The notes under the pieces were generated by a model. The model saw only the letters and a program-made list of their open reading frames with translations. It had not been told where the DNA came from and searched no databases. Of a stretch of DNA of 64,000 nucleotides, positions 40,119 to 50,221 are shown piece by piece; position 1 is the stretch's first letter, and every line of letters begins with the position of its first letter. The stretch comes from a virus. Its lineage: Duplodnaviria > Caudoviricetes. The stretch lies in the IMG/VR virus record IMGVR_UViG_3300010352_001034. One strand, 5' to 3'. The position numbers were made by a program, and so were the translations under genes.

Positions 40119-41897
40119 TTATGATAATGGAATATAAGTAGGGGTTTCGATATTTAACAATACATTACAATAACCGTTTGCAGAATCTGATACAGCTAAT
40201 CCAATCGGACAAACTGTATTTCCTTGTTCAGTTGGTTTTGTAGCTGAAACAGCCCCGGCAGTAACCATAGATAAATATAAAGCTGTTCCAGCTGCAATTG
40301 ACTCACCAGAAGCAACTAATATAGATGCTATTCCTTGAATTTGAACATAATTTGTGGTAGAAGTTGCTACTCCAATTACATTGGTAATATGTACATTTGC
40401 AGATATTGTACTAACATAAATAGAACCGCCAGATGTTCCATTATATGCAACAATTGTATTGGTTGCAACACCTGCATTGAAAGGTATATTTACAATGACA
40501 GAATTATTAGAAGAAGATATATCGGATAGAGTAGCTAATTTTACCCAATTTGTAGATTTTTTAACCCAAATAGCTCCATTAATATCTAATGCTATGCTAC
40601 CAGTTGCACCAGGTGTAGATGAATTTAGATTAGATACTAATATAACTTCGGCATAATCATTTCCTCCAGTACCTTGCAAACTCATCATTTTAATTCCACT
40701 TGATGTTAATGAAACATTTTTTTTAATGTGAAATATTGATGATGTGCTTATACTTGAAGTATTATCAGGACTTAATTGACATTTAATAGAACCATCAGAT
40801 TGTATAAGCATTCCATAATCAGTTATACCTTTTCCTGAATTACCTGATTGTAATATAATCTTACCTGCATTTGCTAAAGGTAAATTAGTTTTATCTATAG
40901 TTGTTTGTAATATTATATTACCACCTAATGAAGTGATACTATTTAATGATGTAGTAGCTTTGATATTTGTTTGTAATGATATATCACCTCCTGTTGTAGT
41001 ATAAGAAGATGTATTATATACCATTTCATTTAAAATTGATAATTTAGGAGCTTTTGGACCAACTCCTTCATTTGATGATAATGATAATGACATTGCAGGA
41101 AATTCCGTTAATTGAGTTGGAGCTAACCAATTCATTAATAAACTTCCATATGTATTTAATGTTGTATTTGCATTTGAAACTACAATACTATGTGTTGAAT
41201 CTGTTTTATTATATATATTACCATCAGTTGCAACTTTTACATAAGATGTTTTAGTGTTATTTAATATGCTAGTATCATCTGCCGTAATCTTTATTCTTGT
41301 TATATCACTAGAATATCCAATTGATAATTGACTTTCTAATACACCATTTATTTCTCTAACTGAATTTAATCTACCAGTGTAACTTGAATTAAAGTTAAGA
41401 TCACCATCTTGATTAACAACGCCATTATTATCAACTTTCCACCTAGATGCATTTGAATTATCTGCCCATATTAAACTATATGCACTTATTTCTCCTGATT
41501 CATTTACAGCGGTTGCTGCCATGCCTAATTTACCAAGACTGCGTTCAGTAGAACTTCCAGAAATATAATATTGTCCAACTCCTATTATTGCAGGTGGGTT
41601 ATGATGCGGCCAAGATGCATTTGATGTTGTTGAATTTATCAAATGCATTGCACTTGAACTATTCAATTGATTATATTCACCATTTGATCCGCCTTTAATT
41701 TGAAAAGTTCCAGTATTAACATCTGCTATAATTGATTTTTGACTTCCAGATGTTAAAAATAAATCGTTTATAGCAGTTACTGTGCCAATTTGAATAACGC
41801 CTGTATCATCAAGACGTTGAACTTTACCTAATGCATTAAGCATTAATGGTTTTTTTGTGATATCACCCGTGTTTGTATTGCCACCACCTTGAACCAT
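40119..41897 (-). CDS. Fibre/decoration protein, beta-rich, with C-terminal cement-like module
   Basis: 592 aa Ser/Thr/Asn/Gly-rich. GGDISLQT/GGNIILQT/AGKIILQS repeats, GSIALD..IWVK..W motif, and C-terminal VIGVA..GTALYLS..GAVSATKP..PIGLAV. Confidence 0.6.
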   Translation of the reverse strand: MVQGGGNTNTGDITKKPLMLNALGKVQRLDDTGVIQIGTVTAINDLFLTSGSQKSIIADVNTGTFQIKGGSNGEYNQLNSSSAMHLINSTTSNASWPHHNPPAIIGVGQYYISGSSTERSLGKLGMAATAVNESGEISAYSLIWADNSNASRWKVDNNGVVNQDGDLNFNSSYTGRLNSVREINGVLESQLSIGYSSDITRIKITADDTSILNNTKTSYVKVATDGNIYNKTDSTHSIVVSNANTTLNTYGSLLMNWLAPTQLTEFPAMSLSLSSNEGVGPKAPKLSILNEMVYNTSSYTTTGGDISLQTNIKATTSLNSITSLGGNIILQTTIDKTNLPLANAGKIILQSGNSGKGITDYGMLIQSDGSIKCQLSPDNTSSISTSSIFHIKKNVSLTSSGIKMMSLQGTGGNDYAEVILVSNLNSSTPGATGSIALDINGAIWVKKSTNWVKLATLSDISSSNNSVIVNIPFNAGVATNTIVAYNGTSGGSIYVSTISANVHITNVIGVATSTTNYVQIQGIASILVASGESIAAGTALYLSMVTAGAVSATKPTEQGNTVCPIGLAVSDSANGYCNVLLNIETPTYIPLS

Positions 41898-41898
41898 T

Positions 41899-42495
41899 TT
41901 AACCTGTATATGTTATGAAAGAAGGTAATACTGAAATAATATTAGTACCAACCCATGTACCAATTTTTATAATATTTATTCCACTAGTAGCGGATAAAGT
42001 AGCAACATCTTTGGTAAGTGCTATATTTTTTGAATCATACGGTGTTAAGTATAGTGAATCTCCAATATTCCAATTGGTAAATACACTAGCTAACGAACCA
42101 GTATTGCATATTCCACATGTTACAGTTGGAATAATTGTTATACCAGTTGTTACATCTATTGTTGAAGCTGCTAACCCATAAACTGAACTATGTATATCTG
42201 CAAAAGCTTTTTCTAAACCATTTGAAGTTAATACCAGTGGTTCTCCAGCTACAACACTTCCTGTAAATCCAGCTACATGAAAATTGTCTATTATTTGAGT
42301 ATTGTTTGTAGATGAACTGCCAGAACCTTTTTGAACAACATCACAAATAATTATATCTTGATAATTTGATGTTGGTGTGGGATAATATACATCACTTGGA
42401 TATTCAAAAAATAAATCTGTAGCAGATGACGAATACCAATAACGTAACCCTATTTCTGGATAATATCCTCTAATTAAATATGTTTTATCCGCCAT
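41899..42495 (-). CDS. Small structural protein with cement/decoration-like module
   Basis: 198 aa. KAFAD..VYGLA..GDSLYLTP..KIGTW resembles the C-terminus of the 592-aa neighbour. Confidence 0.55.
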   Translation of the reverse strand: MADKTYLIRGYYPEIGLRYWYSSSATDLFFEYPSDVYYPTPTSNYQDIIICDVVQKGSGSSSTNNTQIIDNFHVAGFTGSVVAGEPLVLTSNGLEKAFADIHSSVYGLAASTIDVTTGITIIPTVTCGICNTGSLASVFTNWNIGDSLYLTPYDSKNIALTKDVATLSATSGINIIKIGTWVGTNIISVLPSFITYTG

Positions 42496-42507
42496 TCTAT
42501 CTCCTCA

Positions 42508-43911
42508 TCATGCATATTGATTTATACCAAGTTTATATATACTTTGAAACCAATCTTTATTTCGTGCAACTTGTGCAATTCTTAAATCGTCAACTAAAAC
42601 ATTTGAATTAATAATAGCCCATTTTCCATTTCCACTAGACAGTGGACCATAATAATTAATTCCACTTCCTTTGGGATTCATTAATGAATAATTTCCATTT
42701 ATTGATGTATAAACATTTGTACCATCAAAAACAAATCCTATAAATACCCATGAGTTTGTGGAATTGAAAAGTATAGGTGTGCTATATGTATAAGTTATCC
42801 CATCTACTCCTAAATATTCAAAACAAATAGCATTGTCAGCATTTGTTTTTATAGTAAATACAACATTTGAATCTGCATCTAATTTTTGAAGCGCTATACA
42901 AGAATTTGGAGTGATTGGTGCTAATAAATTAATCCATAAACTTATTGTAATTATATCTGGTTGAGCACATATATCTTGAGTATACATTGTGTTACCAGAT
43001 AACATGGCTGCATTATTAAATATTCCAGTAAATTCTGGACAATGAGCAATTCCAAAAGGATTACTATCAATTATAGGTAATGATAAATCACCTGCAACTC
43101 CCAATATACCTGAATTATGATATTTATAAAATGAACTAGAATTAGCATCATCAAATTTCCATACAATCAAATCATCACTTGTTGTATTTACATATCTACC
43201 ATTTGAATTAGATATGCTTCCATCATTGTTATTAAATATTTGCACAATCAATGAAGCATCCCATATAATACTTTTATTTTCAATATCAGATGATAGAACT
43301 GCTTGTGTTTGAAGTGCTCGTAATTCTAAAATAGTATTTGTTATTGGTAATTGACTAACTAAATTCAATTGAATATCTTTTGTAAAATATCCACCATTAT
43401 AAGGTGTTATATTATTGAAAGTAAATGATGTTATTAATGTACTTACACCATCTGTAATTTTATAAAGTCCAAGAGTCAATATAACATTTTTTTCAACATA
43501 TACATGCGTTTTAAAAAAGACTTCAATACCAGAATTGGCATTGCTCATTGCACATTCTTCAAAAAGATTTAAACCAATTTGCCCAACAGATATTTGATTG
43601 GAATATATTGAGTTAATAGAATATTTATCAGCAATTTGAATACGATGAACTGATTTACCTAATCCAGTAATTTGACTTTGAGTTGTTTCTAATAAGTCTA
43701 AACGTTTTGATACAGTAGATTGAGTTCCAAAAGGTTTTATTCCTAAACTTGTTTCAAGAGCAATAATACTATTACGCATTTTAACAATGTAATCAATAAT
43801 AGATTGTTGGTCTGTCGGATAAGGTAAATATGTAGTTGAAGGTGTATTATTTACATCTTCATTATCATAATGTGCTGGATAATTTGGTTGTGGTAAATTC
43901 TCAAAACTCAT
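42508..43911 (-). CDS. Structural protein with fibre-anchor N-terminus and C-terminal LamG/ConA-like domain
   Basis: NYPAHYD..SIIALETSLG at the N-terminus. VWKFDD, ITISLWIN, WVFIGFVFDG and VDDLRI at the C-terminus. Confidence 0.7.
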   Translation of the reverse strand: MSFENLPQPNYPAHYDNEDVNNTPSTTYLPYPTDQQSIIDYIVKMRNSIIALETSLGIKPFGTQSTVSKRLDLLETTQSQITGLGKSVHRIQIADKYSINSIYSNQISVGQIGLNLFEECAMSNANSGIEVFFKTHVYVEKNVILTLGLYKITDGVSTLITSFTFNNITPYNGGYFTKDIQLNLVSQLPITNTILELRALQTQAVLSSDIENKSIIWDASLIVQIFNNNDGSISNSNGRYVNTTSDDLIVWKFDDANSSSFYKYHNSGILGVAGDLSLPIIDSNPFGIAHCPEFTGIFNNAAMLSGNTMYTQDICAQPDIITISLWINLLAPITPNSCIALQKLDADSNVVFTIKTNADNAICFEYLGVDGITYTYSTPILFNSTNSWVFIGFVFDGTNVYTSINGNYSLMNPKGSGINYYGPLSSGNGKWAIINSNVLVDDLRIAQVARNKDWFQSIYKLGINQYA

Positions 43912-43920
43912 TTTACCTTA

Positions 43921-46900
43921 TTAGTATCTAATTGTTACACGAGTATAAGGAATAGCAAATGCAAGTAAATGTTCAATTGCATCGCCATTAATTGATCTTG
44001 TTATAGATAACAATATATACATATCTGGATTTGAAATCAATTTTGTTGATGAATCTGCTATCCAACTTTCATTTGTATTTGCAGCGGGAGTAGTTGGTTG
44101 ATTAGTTGTATTAAATCTATTATATTGTAATGTCTGTTGAGATGAACTTGATCTAGATAATGGAATATTTATATTACCATTCCAAAGACTGCCAGTATCT
44201 GTATCTGTCATATAATATTGAGTTATTCCAGAATTTGTAACACTGTTACCAAATATCCAAGAAGCTGATGTCATAACAGTCAGATCTGTAGAAGATAAAT
44301 TTTTAAAATATACAGGAATATCAATATTCAAAATTTCACAATCTTTTGGCAAACCAGATAAAGGAATTAATATTTGATTTTGATAATGAGAACCGCTACT
44401 AGAATCTTCTATCATAGGGTCACTAGCATTAGTATTAGTATTAGGACCGCCTTTCCAATGATTAGTATAATATAATCCAGATGGTAAATCACTCCAAGAA
44501 GCAATATCTCCTTTACCATAAGAACCTGATTGTATAATTCTACTAGCTTTACGATTATTATTTAAACTACTTGATCTTGCCTCAATAATATCAATATCTT
44601 TCATTAACAATGTACAACTTGGACTAGTTGTATTAAATCCATATTGTTTGAATTGAGTGCAACTTATATCAAATTTAGCTTTTTGATTTTTATTATTACA
44701 TATTCTTATTCTAGAATCATTTACTTTTGTTTCATCATGTCCTAAAACTTCTTTTACTTGTATTATATTATCATATCTTAATGTATTACTAAATGTATTA
44801 TTTTCAATAATACCATCAATTTTATTTGGATATTCTGGGTCACTAAATACTCTAATATAATTACTAATGTTTATATTATTATTTGATAACAATATCGTAT
44901 TATTTGTAATATTTGAATAATTAATGTTTTTAACATAAATAGGTACAACTATATTTGCATTTAGAACTGCATTAGCATTGTATTCTATAAAATTTCCATT
45001 TATATATGTTGATGAATTTATATCAAGTGTAGTACCTATCATTTGACAATCAATTACATAACCGTTCACACCAGCAACATTTTTTGTCATACAAATAGTA
45101 TTATTTATTATTTTCGCAGTATGAAATCCATGAATGCTTATTGAACTTTGAGCAATTTGAGTAGTAGTCGATGTTTTCACATTTTGTATTTTGTTATTTT
45201 CTATAATTACATTTGAATTTGCTCTAGATATTTCATTACAATAACAATGGATAATTGCACATGTGTTTGCAGTGTTATAATGACATATTTGTGATTCATC
45301 AGCACCAGTACAATTAATGATATTATTTGAAACTAATAAATCAATTAAAATATTATTAGAATAGGTATGTTTAAAACAAAAGAATGAACCACTATTCGAT
45401 GTAAAATTATTAATATTGTTTTTTATTATTATATTTTGACAAACATTTGAATTATTACTAATTGGTTCTTCAATTATTGATATTAATAATCCAGTAAAAA
45501 TATTTTCATTAATTTGTATAGTATGTTCTTTGTTATTACCCTCAAGACTATTTGAAATACATAATCCAATACCACCAGATGAAAGTGTACTACATTTCGA
45601 ATTGTTTCCTATAAATTTTGAACGTTCAACTATAATATTTTGAGTTGCTGATAATGCACATAAGCTAGAATAATTAACAGAAATAGGTATTTTAGAAATG
45701 TCAATAATAGTATTGTTAATGTTTATATTTGCATAATCAATAAATGCCAAAACATCATATATATTAGTGTCCATTTGAGAAATTGTAAAATTGCAATTTG
45801 TTATTATAATATTTGGCAAACCTGAACCGTCATCATCATCTAAACTATTAACAGGATATCCTTGAAATGAATATTCAGTTGAACAATTTGAAATTGTATA
45901 ATCTACATTTCCATGATCAAGTGCTATTGTTATCCAACTATTTGATACAGTATTATTCAACATACAATTATCAATAATAACTTTTGAACGTATTATACTT
46001 GATGGATTAAGTGAATTCGTCAAATTTTTTGGTAGTATACCAACATTATTGAAAATACAATTTTTAATAATTAAATTATTTTTTATATTGCTACTATTAT
46101 CTTGAAAAAATATAGGACAAACAATTCTAGTATTATTTAATGAATAAAAATGAATATTTTCTAAATGTGTTCCAAGTATTATATAATTATCAACGTCTAC
46201 AGTCCAATTTGTTATTGATGCTGGAGATGTTACATTGAAAAGTGTTATTTTAGGTAATGTACCATTTTCTTTCAATCCAATTAATTTACATCCTAATCCT
46301 AATACATTAAATGTACTATCTATTATATAATTACCTGGACGAAGTAATATCGTTAATTGATCTCCAATGTTAGATGTATTTCCAGTTTTATAAGCACTTA
46401 TGCTATTTGGAAATAAATTTGATAATAGATTTAATGAATTAGAACCATTAATATCTCCAATACTATTGATCCCATCTCCAATTGTAATATACCAATCTGA
46501 TTCTGTTACTCCATTTACACAATTATTATTAATTTTACAAATTTGATCATTTCCATTGTCAATATATATAATATGTGTAAGTGTATTTTTATTTATCGAA
46601 TTTATATTTAACGTATTGTTATTTATAATTATATTGACAGTAGCATTTGCAGCTCCAACAGAATGAAAACAATATCCTTTTAATTCAGCGGGTATATTAT
46701 TGTCATAAATCATTGTTTCATATTTTATATTGTTTCCAACAAATTCTGCATCACAAGGTGTAAATTCAATTGTAGAATCAATATTTGTTTCTTTTGAAAA
46801 ACACCATATTTTGTTATTCTTTATTGTTATTTTGTTATTAGCACTATTTGTTGTTCCAATTGTTGATAATACTTTTTGAACTCCATGAATTATACAATTT

Positions 46901-47697
46901 TGAATATCAACACTAAATCCAGTGCCAGGAAAATTGTCATAAAGTTTAATAAAATTACTTGTAATAGATGTTGTAAGTGAATTTATACTATCTTTAGATT
47001 TTCCTATTACAGTGCAATTATATACTTTAATTTTAGAGCTATTTGTAATTTGAATAAATGCGCCGCTGGTTGTACTAGCTAAATTTGGGTAAATTGGAGG
47101 ATCTACTGTATAATTTGTGGTATAATTATCTACAAAAGTCAAATTTGAAAAATTATTAATGGAATATCCATCAGAATTCCATTCTGTAGATTGTGTTTTA
47201 TTTATTATCATTGTTGGAACACTTGGAGCAACAAACATTGCTTTTGAACCGATAATCAAACCATAACCAGCACTTAATATTGTGCTTCCATTTGTTCCTA
47301 ATACAGAAACTCCAACAGGTAATGTAACTGTTTCATTAAAAACATATACACCTGGCTTCATTAAAATACATCCACCTGAAGATAATTGACCACTAGCAAA
47401 TGCAAGTGCAAAACAATCACTTACAGTTAAATTATCACTTACTGTAAAATCTCCAACAGAATTAACTCCATCACCAATTGTAGTATATGTTAATCCAACA
47501 AGATTATTATTTAATTGTGATAATGCTCCTTGAAGATTTGTGGATGTTATATGAGGCAATGCAGCTATATCAATTGTATTAGCCGTGTGTCTAAATCCAC
47601 CACCTTCAACGTGAGCATTAAAATCATTTTTTCGTGTAACTAACTCAGCGTTACCTTCAACTACCCGACCAGATCCTATAATTGGTGTATGAACCAT
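43921..47697 (-). CDS. Tailspike-like protein with two tandem beta-helix modules
   Basis: 1258 aa. TTIGDGVNSVGDF..ILMKPGVY recurs as ITIGDGINSIGDI..ILLRPGNY, each followed by Asn-ladder repeats (IIIKNN, VIIENN). Confidence 0.7.
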   Translation of the reverse strand: MVHTPIIGSGRVVEGNAELVTRKNDFNAHVEGGGFRHTANTIDIAALPHITSTNLQGALSQLNNNLVGLTYTTIGDGVNSVGDFTVSDNLTVSDCFALAFASGQLSSGGCILMKPGVYVFNETVTLPVGVSVLGTNGSTILSAGYGLIIGSKAMFVAPSVPTMIINKTQSTEWNSDGYSINNFSNLTFVDNYTTNYTVDPPIYPNLASTTSGAFIQITNSSKIKVYNCTVIGKSKDSINSLTTSITSNFIKLYDNFPGTGFSVDIQNCIIHGVQKVLSTIGTTNSANNKITIKNNKIWCFSKETNIDSTIEFTPCDAEFVGNNIKYETMIYDNNIPAELKGYCFHSVGAANATVNIIINNNTLNINSINKNTLTHIIYIDNGNDQICKINNNCVNGVTESDWYITIGDGINSIGDINGSNSLNLLSNLFPNSISAYKTGNTSNIGDQLTILLRPGNYIIDSTFNVLGLGCKLIGLKENGTLPKITLFNVTSPASITNWTVDVDNYIILGTHLENIHFYSLNNTRIVCPIFFQDNSSNIKNNLIIKNCIFNNVGILPKNLTNSLNPSSIIRSKVIIDNCMLNNTVSNSWITIALDHGNVDYTISNCSTEYSFQGYPVNSLDDDDGSGLPNIIITNCNFTISQMDTNIYDVLAFIDYANININNTIIDISKIPISVNYSSLCALSATQNIIVERSKFIGNNSKCSTLSSGGIGLCISNSLEGNNKEHTIQINENIFTGLLISIIEEPISNNSNVCQNIIIKNNINNFTSNSGSFFCFKHTYSNNILIDLLVSNNIINCTGADESQICHYNTANTCAIIHCYCNEISRANSNVIIENNKIQNVKTSTTTQIAQSSISIHGFHTAKIINNTICMTKNVAGVNGYVIDCQMIGTTLDINSSTYINGNFIEYNANAVLNANIVVPIYVKNINYSNITNNTILLSNNNINISNYIRVFSDPEYPNKIDGIIENNTFSNTLRYDNIIQVKEVLGHDETKVNDSRIRICNNKNQKAKFDISCTQFKQYGFNTTSPSCTLLMKDIDIIEARSSSLNNNRKASRIIQSGSYGKGDIASWSDLPSGLYYTNHWKGGPNTNTNASDPMIEDSSSGSHYQNQILIPLSGLPKDCEILNIDIPVYFKNLSSTDLTVMTSASWIFGNSVTNSGITQYYMTDTDTGSLWNGNINIPLSRSSSSQQTLQYNRFNTTNQPTTPAANTNESWIADSSTKLISNPDMYILLSITRSINGDAIEHLLAFAIPYTRVTIRY

Positions 47698-47747
47698 GTC
47701 TGTTCCTCATTAATAACAATTTGACTATAATTATGTGATGTTATTGG

Positions 47748-49301
47748 TTATGGTAAAACAATTGTGTGTGTATGTCCTAAAACTTCTTGAACCTCTCCAT
47801 TAATAATATAATGTGAATGCCCAAAATTTACAGAAGTAGTTTGATTTACTTGTGTTAACATTGTAATATTTTCATTTATAACAATATTATGTAAATGTGG
47901 TCCATGCCCAACTAAATTCGACACGCTAGTATTTAAAATTGTTGGAAGTTTAGATGCATCTCTTATTGTTCTATATTGATAAATAATATCAGTTTTATCA
48001 CAACGATGTAATTGAAATTTTTGCGCTCCTTCAACAGAAAAAAGCAATCTATTTCTATTTACATTTAATATTTCATAACGATATTCTTCTGTTCCATCTC
48101 TGTTAAATCTAATTAACATATCTCTGTCTTTTATAGCTGGAGATACAACAGTCCAAGCATTGGGTAAGAAATTTTCTTCAAATCCTCTATTTTTATAAGC
48201 AACATCGTCATTTGTTGCATCAAAACGAATCATTAATCGCCTATCAGAACGTCTTGTATTAAAATATTGTTCATATCCACCAACAAATCCTGTTGTTAAA
48301 CATATTGGGCATCGTCCATCAGCAGCTTCATAATTTGATCTAAAACATTTACATCTAATTCCTGTCCAACGCCTTCTTAACAATACAACAGGCTCTCCCG
48401 TTACATCTAATAACATTTGTTGTCGTTGATAATTGGATTCTTCTAAGTTAAGCCCTCTTTTTTTCTTACCATCCCACAGCCCATATTCACCACCTTGATA
48501 ACTACCTATACAATGCCCTGCAAATGTGTCAATAGTGCTTGTTCTATGATAACCTGTATAATCATATTCTTTTAATAATGCACTACTTGTATCTGATGCA
48601 GTTAAATCTGTATTAATAATATCTTTATTAACTTGACAATATCCATCTTCTTCTGTATATGCATAATTAGGTGTATGAAAATCAGCTTCAGTAGTAATAA
48701 CAGCATCATTTTTTTCTTCATATCCAGTGAAAAATTTTAATACTGTTTTTTCATTATGTGCCGCTGCAACTGTTCCATTATAACCACGTCCTGAAGGCAA
48801 TATATGTATTGTATTAGTTGTTTTATCAACCATATAATACATTATAACTTCTTTTTCTAATGTAATTAATCCATATGGTGGAAAATCAACTGCATCAAAT
48901 ACATTAATTGTTGTATCTGTATTTGAAATGCTTTTTGTTATATACGTTTCTGGATATGTATAACAATTTGGAGCAATATCTTGTCCTGAAGGTAAAGTTT
49001 TTATATCCATTTCTAATGGATTCCATAACATCGCTCGAACAGCAAAAAACGTTCTTACCATTGGATTAAATGCAGATAATTTTGCTTCAAGATTTTCAGT
49101 CACATATTTTGGACCTTCATAAAATACATCTTCAATAACTTTTGAATAATAAATATTATATGCCACCTTATAATTTGCATTTTTTGAATACGCTTCATTA
49201 CAAGATACACAAATAGTTGTTCCATCTCCTTGTGAAGATATAGCTTTTATTTTTTGATATGTTGGATTGGCAAAAATTGGTTGTAAAATAGAACAGGTCA
49301 T
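47748..49301 (-). CDS. Neck/head-closure protein (gp14-like) with accessory domains
   Basis: FN3-like N-terminus (YNIYYS..FFAVRA). Core GEPVVLLRRRWTGIRCKC..CPICLTTGFVGGY..WTVVSPAIKDRDMLI..YRYEI. His-rich C-terminus. Confidence 0.6.
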   Translation of the reverse strand: MTCSILQPIFANPTYQKIKAISSQGDGTTICVSCNEAYSKNANYKVAYNIYYSKVIEDVFYEGPKYVTENLEAKLSAFNPMVRTFFAVRAMLWNPLEMDIKTLPSGQDIAPNCYTYPETYITKSISNTDTTINVFDAVDFPPYGLITLEKEVIMYYMVDKTTNTIHILPSGRGYNGTVAAAHNEKTVLKFFTGYEEKNDAVITTEADFHTPNYAYTEEDGYCQVNKDIINTDLTASDTSSALLKEYDYTGYHRTSTIDTFAGHCIGSYQGGEYGLWDGKKKRGLNLEESNYQRQQMLLDVTGEPVVLLRRRWTGIRCKCFRSNYEAADGRCPICLTTGFVGGYEQYFNTRRSDRRLMIRFDATNDDVAYKNRGFEENFLPNAWTVVSPAIKDRDMLIRFNRDGTEEYRYEILNVNRNRLLFSVEGAQKFQLHRCDKTDIIYQYRTIRDASKLPTILNTSVSNLVGHGPHLHNIVINENITMLTQVNQTTSVNFGHSHYIINGEVQEVLGHTHTIVLP

Positions 49302-49319
49302 ATAAGAGATATGAAAATA

Positions 49320-50207
49320 TTAGATAATACGATTTTCTCGTCGATGTCTTAATCGTAAATATTGAGGCGCAACTGCCGTTATTCTAAGTGTTCCTAACCC
49401 AATTGGAGATGGTTTGAATTGCGCTTTAATTGTTTTTAATTTTTCTCTATATGGCCCTAATAAAGAATTCATTTGTCCATTTAGAAAATCAGCTACCGCA
49501 GCAGGTTGAAAACTAATACCATTATCTGTAATATTATATTCTCTACCCTTTTCAATTAATGCTTTGCTACCTAACGCCATTATATATGCACCTTCTACCA
49601 AAATATCAGCAAAATTATCCACAACAAATGGTTCATCAAATGTAAATCCTGTTGGGTGTGGATATAAATTAAATTCTGCTAATGATGAACTTAAAAATGC
49701 ATATAATTCTTCTACACTGAATATTTCACAATTTTCATATTCAATATTTCCATGGCTATCTTTTACTTCATGTCGTCCAGAACTTTGTAATCGTAAACGT
49801 AATAATTTTATTAATCTATTAAGATTTTTTATAGCTTCTTGTGATAGAAGAATTTCAGGTTCATCTCCTAATTGTGCATGTCCTTCTAATGGATTTGGTA
49901 ATTTATGATTATATACGTTAAAAGAAAAAGTCCCGTCTATTGGCACTCCACCTAATACTCCATCCCAAACATCATACCACCTTCCTTCTGGACCATTAAT
50001 TGGTATTGTAAATATAAATGAATATAAACCTATTCCAATTTTATTTACACCAACACTTGTAGATGGCATGATAACTGTATTATCTGGTTCTACTATCGTT
50101 ATAGATGGTATGGCATCTAAATCAGTTGGCGCTTTTGCATTATCTCTAAATTGAACTCTTAATTCAACATCTTCTCCTAATCCTGTATTATCATTTCGTG
50201 TATTCAT
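49320..50207 (-). CDS. Neck/head-tail adaptor protein with N-terminal Ig-like domain
   Basis: 295 aa. GIGLYSFIFTIP..GRWYDVW followed by helical FSVEEL..LAEFNLYP..YNITDNGIS. Position upstream of the head-closure-like gene. Confidence 0.6.
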   Translation of the reverse strand: MNTRNDNTGLGEDVELRVQFRDNAKAPTDLDAIPSITIVEPDNTVIMPSTSVGVNKIGIGLYSFIFTIPINGPEGRWYDVWDGVLGGVPIDGTFSFNVYNHKLPNPLEGHAQLGDEPEILLSQEAIKNLNRLIKLLRLRLQSSGRHEVKDSHGNIEYENCEIFSVEELYAFLSSSLAEFNLYPHPTGFTFDEPFVVDNFADILVEGAYIMALGSKALIEKGREYNITDNGISFQPAAVADFLNGQMNSLLGPYREKLKTIKAQFKPSPIGLGTLRITAVAPQYLRLRHRRENRII

Positions 50208-50221
50208 TTTGCACCATTTAA

